Notes under the pieces: generated by a model
Database searches by the model: none
What the model was told of the DNA's origin: nothing
What the model saw: the letters and a program-made list of their open reading frames with translations, nothing else
Virus record (IMG/VR): IMGVR_UViG_3300027899_000001
Location: 248,001-312,000 of that record
DNA length: 64,000 bases
Strand: one strand, 5' to 3'
Made by a program: the position numbers and the translations under genes
In this document: piece by piece, positions 26,974-35,386 of the stretch
Layout: the number at the start of each line of letters is the position of its first letter
Position numbering within the stretch: the first letter of the stretch is position 1

Positions 26974-28281
26974 ATGAAACATGTATATGAATCTTTAAAA
27001 GAATTTAATGATTATAAATTCTTCAAACTTTTAGAAGAAAAAGAAGAACCTGGTACTGATAAGCAAAATCTACAATCTAAAGAAAAAGATGGTTTAGCTA
27101 TTATAGATAAGGTCATAAAGAATTTTGATGACTTTAAAAAAGATGCTAAAGGTGAAATTCTTAAGTATAAAGAATTCTGGGAAGAAAATCAGCAAACTAA
27201 AAAGGCATTTTCTAATGGAGATGTCTATAAAATGTATGATGGTAATTACGTTGTAGGTGTTCTTGAATTACCAGTAGAAACATTATCTGATGGTAGTATA
27301 GAAGGTGGATTAGGAGCAACAGATGAACCAGTAGAAGAGATTATTGAAGGCAAAGAATTAATGGAAGCTACAAAAGAAGAAGACGATTTAGGTCTTGATC
27401 TTGGTTTAACAGATGAACCCATAACAGAACCTAATACTAGTCCTGCTCCAAATGAAGTTCCAGCAGATCCTAATACACAAGAATTAGAAGAGCCTGCTCC
27501 TGATCAATCGGGAAATTCAGGATTAACTGATCAATCTCCAGTAGAAGAACCTCCAATGGATCAAGCACCAGTTGAAGAACCTTCGCCAGATCTTACAGCG
27601 CCCCAAACATATTTAGTAGTATATGACATGTCAGGTGATGATAAAGAAGAAATTTTTAGATGTGGTTCTAATAATGTAGTTCAAGGATTTCAAGCATTCT
27701 ATAATGACACTTTTAAAGGATCAATGAAAAATGCTATATTACAATATAAGAAACAAAAAGAACAAGAAAAAGCTGAAGCTGAAAAAACAGAGAAGAAAAA
27801 AGTTCAAGCTGAAAAACAAACTAAAGTTCAAAAATTCTTAGGTGAAGCTCTTGAAGAAGATATGCCAGAAGATGATGAAATGCAGTCTTGGCTTGATGAA
27901 GTAAGAGATTATCTTATATCTGAATATGAAATTGAAGAAGATGTAGTAGATGATTTCTTAGAATTAGCTTCTGAACAATTAGCTGATTTATTTGATGGAG
28001 GATCAAGTGCATTTGATGCAGCTGGAACAGTTGCTACAGATGAAGATATTTTATCAGAACTTGATAAAGATGATGAAGACGAAGATGATATTGACATAGA
28101 AGATGAAGATGAATTAGATGATGAAGATCTTGAGGATCTTGGTGAAGAAGAAGATGAAGAAGAATATCCTGAAGATGAAGATGATGAAGAAGATGATGAC
28201 GATACACATGAAGAAGAATTAGGAAAAATAATTGGAAGAGATACAATGAGACGTCCATTACGTTTATCAGATGAAGATTAA
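26974..28281 (+). CDS. Highly acidic low-complexity protein
   Basis: 435 aa; Pro/Glu-rich middle, D/E-saturated C-terminus; leader MKHVYESLKEF. Confidence 0.7.
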   Translation: MKHVYESLKEFNDYKFFKLLEEKEEPGTDKQNLQSKEKDGLAIIDKVIKNFDDFKKDAKGEILKYKEFWEENQQTKKAFSNGDVYKMYDGNYVVGVLELPVETLSDGSIEGGLGATDEPVEEIIEGKELMEATKEEDDLGLDLGLTDEPITEPNTSPAPNEVPADPNTQELEEPAPDQSGNSGLTDQSPVEEPPMDQAPVEEPSPDLTAPQTYLVVYDMSGDDKEEIFRCGSNNVVQGFQAFYNDTFKGSMKNAILQYKKQKEQEKAEAEKTEKKKVQAEKQTKVQKFLGEALEEDMPEDDEMQSWLDEVRDYLISEYEIEEDVVDDFLELASEQLADLFDGGSSAFDAAGTVATDEDILSELDKDDEDEDDIDIEDEDELDDEDLEDLGEEEDEEEYPEDEDDEEDDDDTHEEELGKIIGRDTMRRPLRLSDED

Positions 28282-28300
28282 TAAAATATAAAATTTAAAA

Positions 28301-28324
28301 CAAAGGGAACTTCGGTTCCCTTTG
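28301..28324 (+). terminator. Rho-independent terminator with a cUUCGg loop
   Basis: CAAAGGGAAC-TTCG-GTTCCCTTTG. Confidence 0.8.
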
Positions 28325-28370
28325 TTATTTAACAAAACTTTAACAAGATATCAGCGTATAATATAAAATA

Positions 28371-28385
28371 TTTGTTTATATTTAC
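28371..28385 (+). promoter_or_regulatory. Putative early/middle promoter element TTTGTTTATATTTAC
   Basis: Identical 15-mer upstream of the phosphoesterase at 63675-63689 (-). Confidence 0.45.
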
Positions 28386-28396
28386 AATAAAATTTT

Positions 28397-29203
28397 ATGA
28401 GCAAACACTTTGACGAAATTATCATAATTGGTCTTGAGAGGTGTCAAAACAGAATTGACATGGTTGAATCTCAACTTAAAAATTTTAATCTTCCCTATCG
28501 TATCTTTCCCGCATTTGATGGACAGCAAATAGCAAATCCGTCAATGAAAACAATGACACGTGCTCCTCTTAAAGCATTTTCTAATTTTAATCCCAGTAGA
28601 CCTAAATATCTTCCGGGTATGTTATGTTGTGGGTTATCTCATATAGCAGCAATGAAACATGCTCAGATGATGAATCTTAAAGGAATACTTTTACTTGAAG
28701 ATGATGTCATATTATCTCCTGATTTTGCAGATAGATTAAAATTGATTGAAGAAGTTCCAGACGATGCAGATTTAATTTATATTGGAGCTATTGTGACAAG
28801 CGATCATTTAAGTAAGAAATATAAAATATCTGAACATGTATGGGATGCTCAGAAAATGAGTCTTTACGCAACTCATTCCTTTATAGTCACGCGTAAAGGA
28901 TATACACCAGTTATTAAAAAAATGATGGAATGCGAAGATACATGCGATTCATTATTAGTTGAAGGTGTTCAAAAACAGGAAATTAAAGCATATGCAGTAA
29001 TTCCATTTTGTACATATCAAATAGAAGGAACATCAGAAATTGATGGTAAAAAGAAATCATTAAATCATACAAAAACTTTATATTCTCCGGATGAAAATTT
29101 TAGTAACATGGGAGGCTATGATCGTAAAACTAAAATGAATGTTAATGATATAACAAGTGAATATAGCTACGAAAAAAGTGCAAAACCTAAATCTTTATTC
29201 TAA
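28397..29203 (+). CDS. Glycosyltransferase, GT25-like
   Basis: 'IIGLER...R', 'AFDG', 'LCCGLSH', 'LLLEDD'; ends KPKSLF. Confidence 0.75.
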   Translation: MSKHFDEIIIIGLERCQNRIDMVESQLKNFNLPYRIFPAFDGQQIANPSMKTMTRAPLKAFSNFNPSRPKYLPGMLCCGLSHIAAMKHAQMMNLKGILLLEDDVILSPDFADRLKLIEEVPDDADLIYIGAIVTSDHLSKKYKISEHVWDAQKMSLYATHSFIVTRKGYTPVIKKMMECEDTCDSLLVEGVQKQEIKAYAVIPFCTYQIEGTSEIDGKKKSLNHTKTLYSPDENFSNMGGYDRKTKMNVNDITSEYSYEKSAKPKSLF

Positions 29204-29337
29204 TGAACGAAAACAAATGTCCAAAACATGAATTAGTCTTCGTAAGAAATATCTACGAAGACAAAAAAAGTGAATGGAAATGTTCTAAATGTGGAAAAAC
29301 AAAATATAAAAAATATCTTAATAAAAGAGAAAAATGA
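29203..29337 (+). CDS. Small Zn-ribbon protein (44 aa)
   Basis: Hand-translated MNENKCPKH...WKCSKCGK...*; overlaps both neighbours. Confidence 0.45.
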   Translation: MNENKCPKHELVFVRNIYEDKKSEWKCSKCGKTKYKKYLNKREK

Positions 29338-29561
29338 ATGCACAAGAATATATCGATTATCTTAAAGATTTTGCTGAAAAAATAGATGATGAAACTCTTA
29401 AATCAGTAGGAATTAAATCTATTGCAATTATACAAGAAGTTCTTGCAAAAGATCCAATGAAACCAAAATTATTGGTAAAAAAATTAGATGAAACACAATA
29501 TAGTGTATATGGTAGAGATGAAATTTTAACAGAATTGAACAGAATATTTAGAGACGTATGA
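29334..29561 (+). CDS. Hypothetical protein
   Basis: 75 aa ORF. Confidence 0.55.
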   Translation: MNAQEYIDYLKDFAEKIDDETLKSVGIKSIAIIQEVLAKDPMKPKLLVKKLDETQYSVYGRDEILTELNRIFRDV

Positions 29562-30802
29562 AAATAGCTTTAGTAATGGGAAGAGGCGCAGAAGGCGCCG
29601 GAATTCAACGATATGTTATTGAATTATCGACATTTTTATCTAAAAAACAAATTGAACATATTATCTATATCATGGATGATAAAAAATGGGGACGTGGAGG
29701 ATTTCAAACATTTCCTCAAAAACCATCTATGATTACAAAAGATAACATTGATAATTTTTCAGATGTATTGAATAAATTTGATTATGTGTTTATCAATAGT
29801 GTTCCAAGTATTAAACATTCAGAATGGGCTATTGATGGATTTCTTAAAATGGTCAAGGGTATAAAAACCAAAAAGATTATATTTCAAAATGATCATAAAA
29901 TAGCTTCTATTCATAGAAATGCTAATTTTATTGAGATGTGTGGTCTTTGTGATGGTATAGTATCTCATAGTATTACATCTCCTTTCTATAATAAACTTGT
30001 AGATGTATATGGAGGCGCTGTTAGATCTAAATTTATTCAACTTCAAGTAGGATTTAATTTCTCTCAGTTAGCAAAATATCGTAAAGAAGATCATGTTAAA
30101 AAAATTACATATCTTGGTAGATATGCTACATTTAAACAACCTGACAGATTATTTGCTTTTCTTCCTTATGCTAAAGATAATGATATATTACTTGAAATGA
30201 AAGGTGTTGAAAGATCACTTGGCGCTTTGAATATCTTTTATGATGATATCGAAAATAAAATTCCCAAACATGATATCATTCAGGTTGATAAAAATTTCTT
30301 TAAAACTGGAATGTCAGCTTTAGATGCTGATAGAAGTTATGAACATGTTTATATATATGGTCCTTATGATTATGTAGATGGAATGGAAACATTAAGCAAA
30401 TCATTAGTAGGCGCAGATTTTTATCATCTTAATGCAGATGCATATGGAGATAATTTTGAATATGCTCAATGTGAAATAATTGGAGTAGGAACAGTTCCTA
30501 TGTTTGATTATCATTGGGCAGAAAATTGTTACATATATGAAAATGGTAAGAAAACTGATAAAAGATTTGTAGAACTTGATACTTATGGACTTTTTGTTAA
30601 AAAAGATTTAACAAATGTAAAGGAAATAGTAGAAAAAATTAACAATATATATTCTGATAAGAAACTTCATAAACAATATTTAGATTGTAGTTTTGAAGTT
30701 ACACGAAATCATTGTGATAGTGAATTTATATTTCAAAATCTTATAGATGGTATTTCAGGATTAGAAAAAGCAAAACAAATAAAAACTAAACCCTTATTTT
30801 AA
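29558..30802 (+). CDS. agt: DNA alpha-glucosyltransferase, T4 AGT-like
   Basis: 'MGRGAEGAGI', 'INSVP', 'NDH...S.HRN', 'SHS', 'GRYATFK', 'GVERS', 'EYAQCE...GTVP.F' parallel T4 AGT as recalled; ends KTKPLF. Confidence 0.8.
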   Translation: MKIALVMGRGAEGAGIQRYVIELSTFLSKKQIEHIIYIMDDKKWGRGGFQTFPQKPSMITKDNIDNFSDVLNKFDYVFINSVPSIKHSEWAIDGFLKMVKGIKTKKIIFQNDHKIASIHRNANFIEMCGLCDGIVSHSITSPFYNKLVDVYGGAVRSKFIQLQVGFNFSQLAKYRKEDHVKKITYLGRYATFKQPDRLFAFLPYAKDNDILLEMKGVERSLGALNIFYDDIENKIPKHDIIQVDKNFFKTGMSALDADRSYEHVYIYGPYDYVDGMETLSKSLVGADFYHLNADAYGDNFEYAQCEIIGVGTVPMFDYHWAENCYIYENGKKTDKRFVELDTYGLFVKKDLTNVKEIVEKINNIYSDKKLHKQYLDCSFEVTRNHCDSEFIFQNLIDGISGLEKAKQIKTKPLF

Positions 30803-30803
30803 A

Positions 30804-31730
30804 ATGGCACGACCTAAAAAAGTAAAAGTAGAAGAACCTGCTAAAATAGCAGTAGAAGAAAAAGAAACTCTAAATGATATTATAATTGAAAAAAGTAACA
30901 TTTATCCATTAGGAGAAATACAGATTGTAGATAATCCGGTGTTTGAAGTTCCATATTTGGAATTTAATTATAATAAAGAGTCTGACACCATTTCTCTAGA
31001 AAAACAAAAACAAACAATACAAGTTAGCACTTCTAGAGTAGGCACGCATATAACTTCAGAACAAGCTAAAGAATTTAAAGATAAATTTAATTTAGACTTA
31101 AACGAAGTTGTTAAAAAAGCATTGATAAATGAAGCTTCTCAACAATTAACAAAACATTATATATCAAAAATTGGAGAAGCTGCTACAGAAAATTATATTA
31201 AAGAATATACCCGTTGGGATAAGTTTAAAGTATGGGCATATAAACTTGTTAAAAAACAATATAGAAAAAAAATAAAAATTCAAACTTCTAAAGAGTTAAA
31301 TTATAGAATTTTAAAAGAAGCCAATAATATTGCAGCAAATAGTAGATGGGGAAGTGGAAATTTTGTTATATGTAGTTTAAAAACTGCTATGCTTTTACAG
31401 AGTTCATCTAATTTTGTATATGCTACTTTAAATAAACCTGTATCTACAAATGGCAGTATTTATCCAATTGGAACTATTGCAGGCGTGACTATTTATGTAG
31501 ATCCTTATATGTTATATCAAGATACTAATGTATACATAGGAAGAAGAAATAATACAAATCAGCCTGGCATAAAACTATTTTTTAAAGAATCTTATAGTTA
31601 TATGCAAACGGAAGGTCTTGGTGCTCCAAAGGTTATATTAGAAATGAGATACGCAATCGCAGGCGTTGGTAAAAATTATAAAGACCAATATAGAAAATTT
31701 GAATACATTGATAAAATCATAAACAAATGA
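30804..31730 (+). CDS. Truncated paralog of the major capsid protein
   Basis: 'NGSIYPIGTIAGVTIYVDPYMLYQDTNVYIGR...TEGLGAPKVILEMRYA' aligns with 'NGSLYPLGTIAGMTLYVDPNMLYSDTRVLVGR...TEGTGAPKVIIKTRYA' in 56803-58575. Confidence 0.8.
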   Translation: MARPKKVKVEEPAKIAVEEKETLNDIIIEKSNIYPLGEIQIVDNPVFEVPYLEFNYNKESDTISLEKQKQTIQVSTSRVGTHITSEQAKEFKDKFNLDLNEVVKKALINEASQQLTKHYISKIGEAATENYIKEYTRWDKFKVWAYKLVKKQYRKKIKIQTSKELNYRILKEANNIAANSRWGSGNFVICSLKTAMLLQSSSNFVYATLNKPVSTNGSIYPIGTIAGVTIYVDPYMLYQDTNVYIGRRNNTNQPGIKLFFKESYSYMQTEGLGAPKVILEMRYAIAGVGKNYKDQYRKFEYIDKIINK

Positions 31731-32026
31731 AAAAGAAATTAATAATTTTAGTATGTTATTTAAGTGTAAATGATGAATTATCTTATCAAGAAATTCAAGA
31801 ACATTTATCAGATTTTAAAAGAATTTTAGATGAATCATTTGATAATGAATTACAGGAAAATACAAATACTATAATTAAAAGTATAGTTTTACCTGTACAT
31901 TATCAGCCTACATCTATAGAATGTATTTTCCCAACAGAGCCTGATTTACCAGAAGAAGTAATTGAAAGACTTGAACAAATTGAATTAACACAGAAAAATT
32001 ATGACGAACACAGATCTAAGGATTAA
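31727..32026 (+). CDS. Hypothetical protein
   Basis: 99 aa ORF. Confidence 0.55.
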   Translation: MKKKLIILVCYLSVNDELSYQEIQEHLSDFKRILDESFDNELQENTNTIIKSIVLPVHYQPTSIECIFPTEPDLPEEVIERLEQIELTQKNYDEHRSKD

Positions 32027-32282
32027 ATATAAATTTGACACAGGATTATATCCAACTAAAATGGATTATCGTGGAAACCTAACTCAAGAATATGCTAAAT
32101 GGCTTGAAGAATATGGCGGTGATTATCCACCATTGTATTTAACTACTTGGCAACGTGAGTATTTCAAAAAAGAAACTGGAAATTACGCCACGTTTTATAA
32201 AAAAGGAAGAATACATTATAAACGAGACTATAGATTTTGGTTAGAAGATTTTGTGCGTAAAATATTATCATTAGAACAATAA
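32001..32282 (+). CDS. Hypothetical protein with an internal duplicated Y..WLE motif
   Basis: 93 aa; 'FDTGLY...YAKWLEE' and 'KETGNY...YRFWLED'. Confidence 0.55.
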   Translation: MTNTDLRIKYKFDTGLYPTKMDYRGNLTQEYAKWLEEYGGDYPPLYLTTWQREYFKKETGNYATFYKKGRIHYKRDYRFWLEDFVRKILSLEQ

Positions 32283-32298
32283 TCATAAGATATAAATT

Positions 32299-33018
32299 AT
32301 GAGTTTAATAGACGAACGATATGATAAACGAGTTTGTATTTGTCTTAAAGAAAGAGATGACAAGTATAAATATATGTTGGCACAATTTATTAAAAATAAT
32401 ATAGACGCTGAATTTTATAGGCCTGTAATTCAAGGACATGCACATCATTTTGTAAAACCTTATGCACAAATCTATAACAGAAGGGATATAAATTATGTAA
32501 GATTTAATGAAGAATTTCCTAATGAATTTGGATGTTTCTTAAGTCATTATAATGTTATTAAATCTGCTTTATTAGATGGTGCTGAAAGTATTTTTGTATT
32601 TGAAGATGATTGCGCATTTCATAAAGATTTTACTACATTACTTCCTAAATATTTAGATACTATTCCTGAAGGAACAGATGGAATTTTGCTTTATTCTTTT
32701 ATGTATCAATTTGAACCTCAAAATGTTAGATTAAAACCGAGATGGACAAAAGGATTTGCAAGTTGGTCTTTTTTAGCATATGGATTAAATAGAAGGGCAA
32801 TGGAAGGATATATTAAACTTCAAGATGAAACACCAATGATTGCAGATAGAGGATCTTGGACTATGATGACACAAATGAATTATAATTTTGTTATCGCAAG
32901 CCCTCCGTTAGTAGTTCCTTCAAAAATACTTACATCAAGTATTCGAGGAGAAAATAAAAATTATGAAAAAAACAAGAGTGTATTTTTATTAGGAATAAAT
33001 GAAACAGATTATGAGTAA
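32299..33018 (+). CDS. Glycosyltransferase, GT25-like
   Basis: 'EFGCFLSH', 'FVFEDD'. Confidence 0.7.
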   Translation: MSLIDERYDKRVCICLKERDDKYKYMLAQFIKNNIDAEFYRPVIQGHAHHFVKPYAQIYNRRDINYVRFNEEFPNEFGCFLSHYNVIKSALLDGAESIFVFEDDCAFHKDFTTLLPKYLDTIPEGTDGILLYSFMYQFEPQNVRLKPRWTKGFASWSFLAYGLNRRAMEGYIKLQDETPMIADRGSWTMMTQMNYNFVIASPPLVVPSKILTSSIRGENKNYEKNKSVFLLGINETDYE

Positions 33019-33286
33019 ATATAGAAAACTGCCAGTAATAATAGAAGCAGAATCTGTGACAGAACTTATATATAACGCAAAAAATAATTGGAGTGCACTT
33101 CCTAATTGGATAAAAGAAAATTATGAAAAAGGAAAAATTTTCTTTCTTAATAATAGTATAGAAATTATGACAGATGAAGGAAGAATGCGTGGCGAAAAAA
33201 ATGATTATATTATTAAAGGAATTCATAATGAAATTTATCCATGTAAACCTGATATATTTAATTTAACGTATGAAAAACTTGATTAA
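32999..33286 (+). CDS. Conserved phage hypothetical protein (likely start 33011)
   Basis: 'KYRKLPVIIEA...EG.M....DYIIKG...E.YPCKPDIF..TYE' is a widespread phage pattern. Confidence 0.65.
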   Translation: MKQIMSKYRKLPVIIEAESVTELIYNAKNNWSALPNWIKENYEKGKIFFLNNSIEIMTDEGRMRGEKNDYIIKGIHNEIYPCKPDIFNLTYEKLD

Positions 33287-33440
33287 AGAAGAACATAATG
33301 AAGCTAAAATTATAATTGAAGATGCTTCTGTAATATTAGAAGGCGAATTTACAGAATTCGCTGATATTGATCCTTCAGGAAGATATTGGTTATATAGATG
33401 GGATCATAATAAAAAAGAATGGATAAAAACAAAATGGTGA
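33270..33440 (+). CDS. Small hypothetical protein (56 aa)
   Basis: Hand-translated MKNLIKEEHNE...WIKTKW*; fills an operon gap. Confidence 0.4.
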   Translation: MKNLIKEEHNEAKIIIEDASVILEGEFTEFADIDPSGRYWLYRWDHNKKEWIKTKW

Positions 33441-33456
33441 ATAAATAAAATAAAAA

Positions 33457-33657
33457 ATGACAACATTACTTAAAAGAACACTAAAACCAAACAAATGGAT
33501 TGGTGGTGTTTGTGGCGGTCTCGGCAAATTTTTTGGAGTAGATCCACTTATTTGGAGACTGATTTTTATATTTGGAAGTATGTTTACAATATTTCCGTTT
33601 ATAGTAACTTATGTAGTTATGTGGATTATAGTTCCAAAAGAAACTCCAACCGTTTAA
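33457..33657 (+). CDS. pspC: PspC-domain membrane protein
   Basis: 'KWIGGVCGGLGKFFGVDP..WRL.F....Y..MWI.VP'. Confidence 0.85.
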   Translation: MTTLLKRTLKPNKWIGGVCGGLGKFFGVDPLIWRLIFIFGSMFTIFPFIVTYVVMWIIVPKETPTV

Positions 33658-33669
33658 TACCTTTACTTT

Positions 33670-34449
33670 ATGACATTTGCAACGTATGTAATGACATTCG
33701 ATCAAGAAAAATGGATCATGCGAAATCTTGAGAATGCCTATCCTCATGTAGATAATATCTATGTAATGTATAGTAAATTACCATGGGGATATAATCCACA
33801 AGCAAGAGAAACTTATACAAATTCATTTGATTTGAATATCATTAAAAATTCTCCTTATATGGACAAAATAACCATTATTGAAGGAGATTGGATGAGTGAT
33901 ACTGATCAAAGAAATGCTTGTCTTCAACGTGCTAAAAAAGATGGATATGATTTTTTAATGGTTCATGATGCAGATGAATTTTATTTTCATAATGATTTTG
34001 ATAAAATAATTGATTATGTTCATACATATGAAAATTATGATGTATTTGATATAAATCTTTATGCATTTTGGAAATCATTTAAATATGTTTTAATAGATCC
34101 ATCAAAACCGCATAGAATAGGCGGCACAAATCAAACAGTTGTTAATTTACGCAGAGTTGATAAATATGATTACATTAGAGATACTCATACAAAAAATCGT
34201 GTAACAATTCCTGATATAATATGCTATCACGGATCTTATGTATTAACAAATGAAGAAGTATATAAAAAAATAAAAACTTGGAGTCATAATAATGATTTTA
34301 ACGTAGATGATTGGTATAATAAGGTGTGGCTACCTTGGACTATAGAATCTAAAAATTTACATCCTATTTGGCCTTGGTGTTGGGATCATTGTGAAGTATT
34401 TGAAAATATGTTGCCTGAAGCAATAGAAGATTTTGATTTTGTAAACTAA
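33670..34449 (+). CDS. Glycosyltransferase, GT-A/GT2-like
   Basis: 'QRN..L......D.....DADE' pattern. Confidence 0.65.
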   Translation: MTFATYVMTFDQEKWIMRNLENAYPHVDNIYVMYSKLPWGYNPQARETYTNSFDLNIIKNSPYMDKITIIEGDWMSDTDQRNACLQRAKKDGYDFLMVHDADEFYFHNDFDKIIDYVHTYENYDVFDINLYAFWKSFKYVLIDPSKPHRIGGTNQTVVNLRRVDKYDYIRDTHTKNRVTIPDIICYHGSYVLTNEEVYKKIKTWSHNNDFNVDDWYNKVWLPWTIESKNLHPIWPWCWDHCEVFENMLPEAIEDFDFVN

Positions 34450-34462
34450 AATATAAATAATT

Positions 34463-34651
34463 ATGGCAAAAGAACCCTTTGTAGATGTAATAGAGAAGTC
34501 AACTCTATATTTATCGTTATCAGAAAATCTTTTAATTAAATTAGATCGTTTTTTATGTAATACAAATTTAACAAAAAAAGAACAAGAAAATATAATAAAA
34601 ATTATAGAAGAAATTTATAGTGAAGCATATGTTAATAGTTTAACAGATTAA
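34463..34651 (+). CDS. Hypothetical protein
   Basis: 62 aa ORF. Confidence 0.5.
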   Translation: MAKEPFVDVIEKSTLYLSLSENLLIKLDRFLCNTNLTKKEQENIIKIIEEIYSEAYVNSLTD

Positions 34652-35383
34652 GTGGAAAAGATTAAAGTTTATACATATCACGGATTTGGCGATCAGTGTA
34701 TCTGTTATGGAATTCTTAAAGAATTTGCAAAAAGATATAATGAAGTAAAAGTGTATTCTGATGTAATGAATAAAAATACATTTAATTCAATTACTCGTTT
34801 ATATTCTAGCCTGAAAAATGTAGAATTAATAGATGAAGTCTATAAAGAAGAAATTCACGCTGCTGATCATAAAATAGCTCATACTAAATACTGGTTTGAT
34901 AAAGTTCTTCCATGGTATCAAGATCCATCATTACCTCCACCAGAATGGTTTAAAGATGATTGGTGGTTTGATAGACAATGGTATTTAAATGCTAGTTTGC
35001 CATTTAATTTAAAATGGGATAATTTTTATTTTGAAAGAGATTTAAATAAAGAAAAAGAAGTTTTTTATGATATCTTGGGCTTAAAAGATAATCAAGAATT
35101 TTTATTTTTTCATGAAGATCCTGTAAGAAATTATAATATTAATAAAAAACATCTAAATGCAAATATTAAATGGATAGATTTTTTTAATTATCAAGATATT
35201 AGCATATTAGATATTTTATATACTATTGAACATGCTAAAGAAGTGCATACTTTTAATACAAGTACATTAACATTTATTGATTTAATGAATATTCAGCACC
35301 CTGCTTTATATTATCATATGTATGTAAGACCATCAATATTTGATAGTATAAATTTAAGATTACCTTGGAATTTAATAACATAA
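34652..35383 (+). CDS. Putative GT-B glycosyltransferase, paralog 1 of 3
   Basis: 'HGFGDQ...G', 'WDNFYFERD', 'YTIEHAKEVH'. Confidence 0.55.
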   Translation: MEKIKVYTYHGFGDQCICYGILKEFAKRYNEVKVYSDVMNKNTFNSITRLYSSLKNVELIDEVYKEEIHAADHKIAHTKYWFDKVLPWYQDPSLPPPEWFKDDWWFDRQWYLNASLPFNLKWDNFYFERDLNKEKEVFYDILGLKDNQEFLFFHEDPVRNYNINKKHLNANIKWIDFFNYQDISILDILYTIEHAKEVHTFNTSTLTFIDLMNIQHPALYYHMYVRPSIFDSINLRLPWNLIT

Positions 35384-35386
35384 AAT

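Noticed and set aside
27909-28258. Ser-rich and His/Leu-rich minus-strand ORFs
   Set aside because: Antisense or frame shadows of the GAA/GAT-rich acidic tail.
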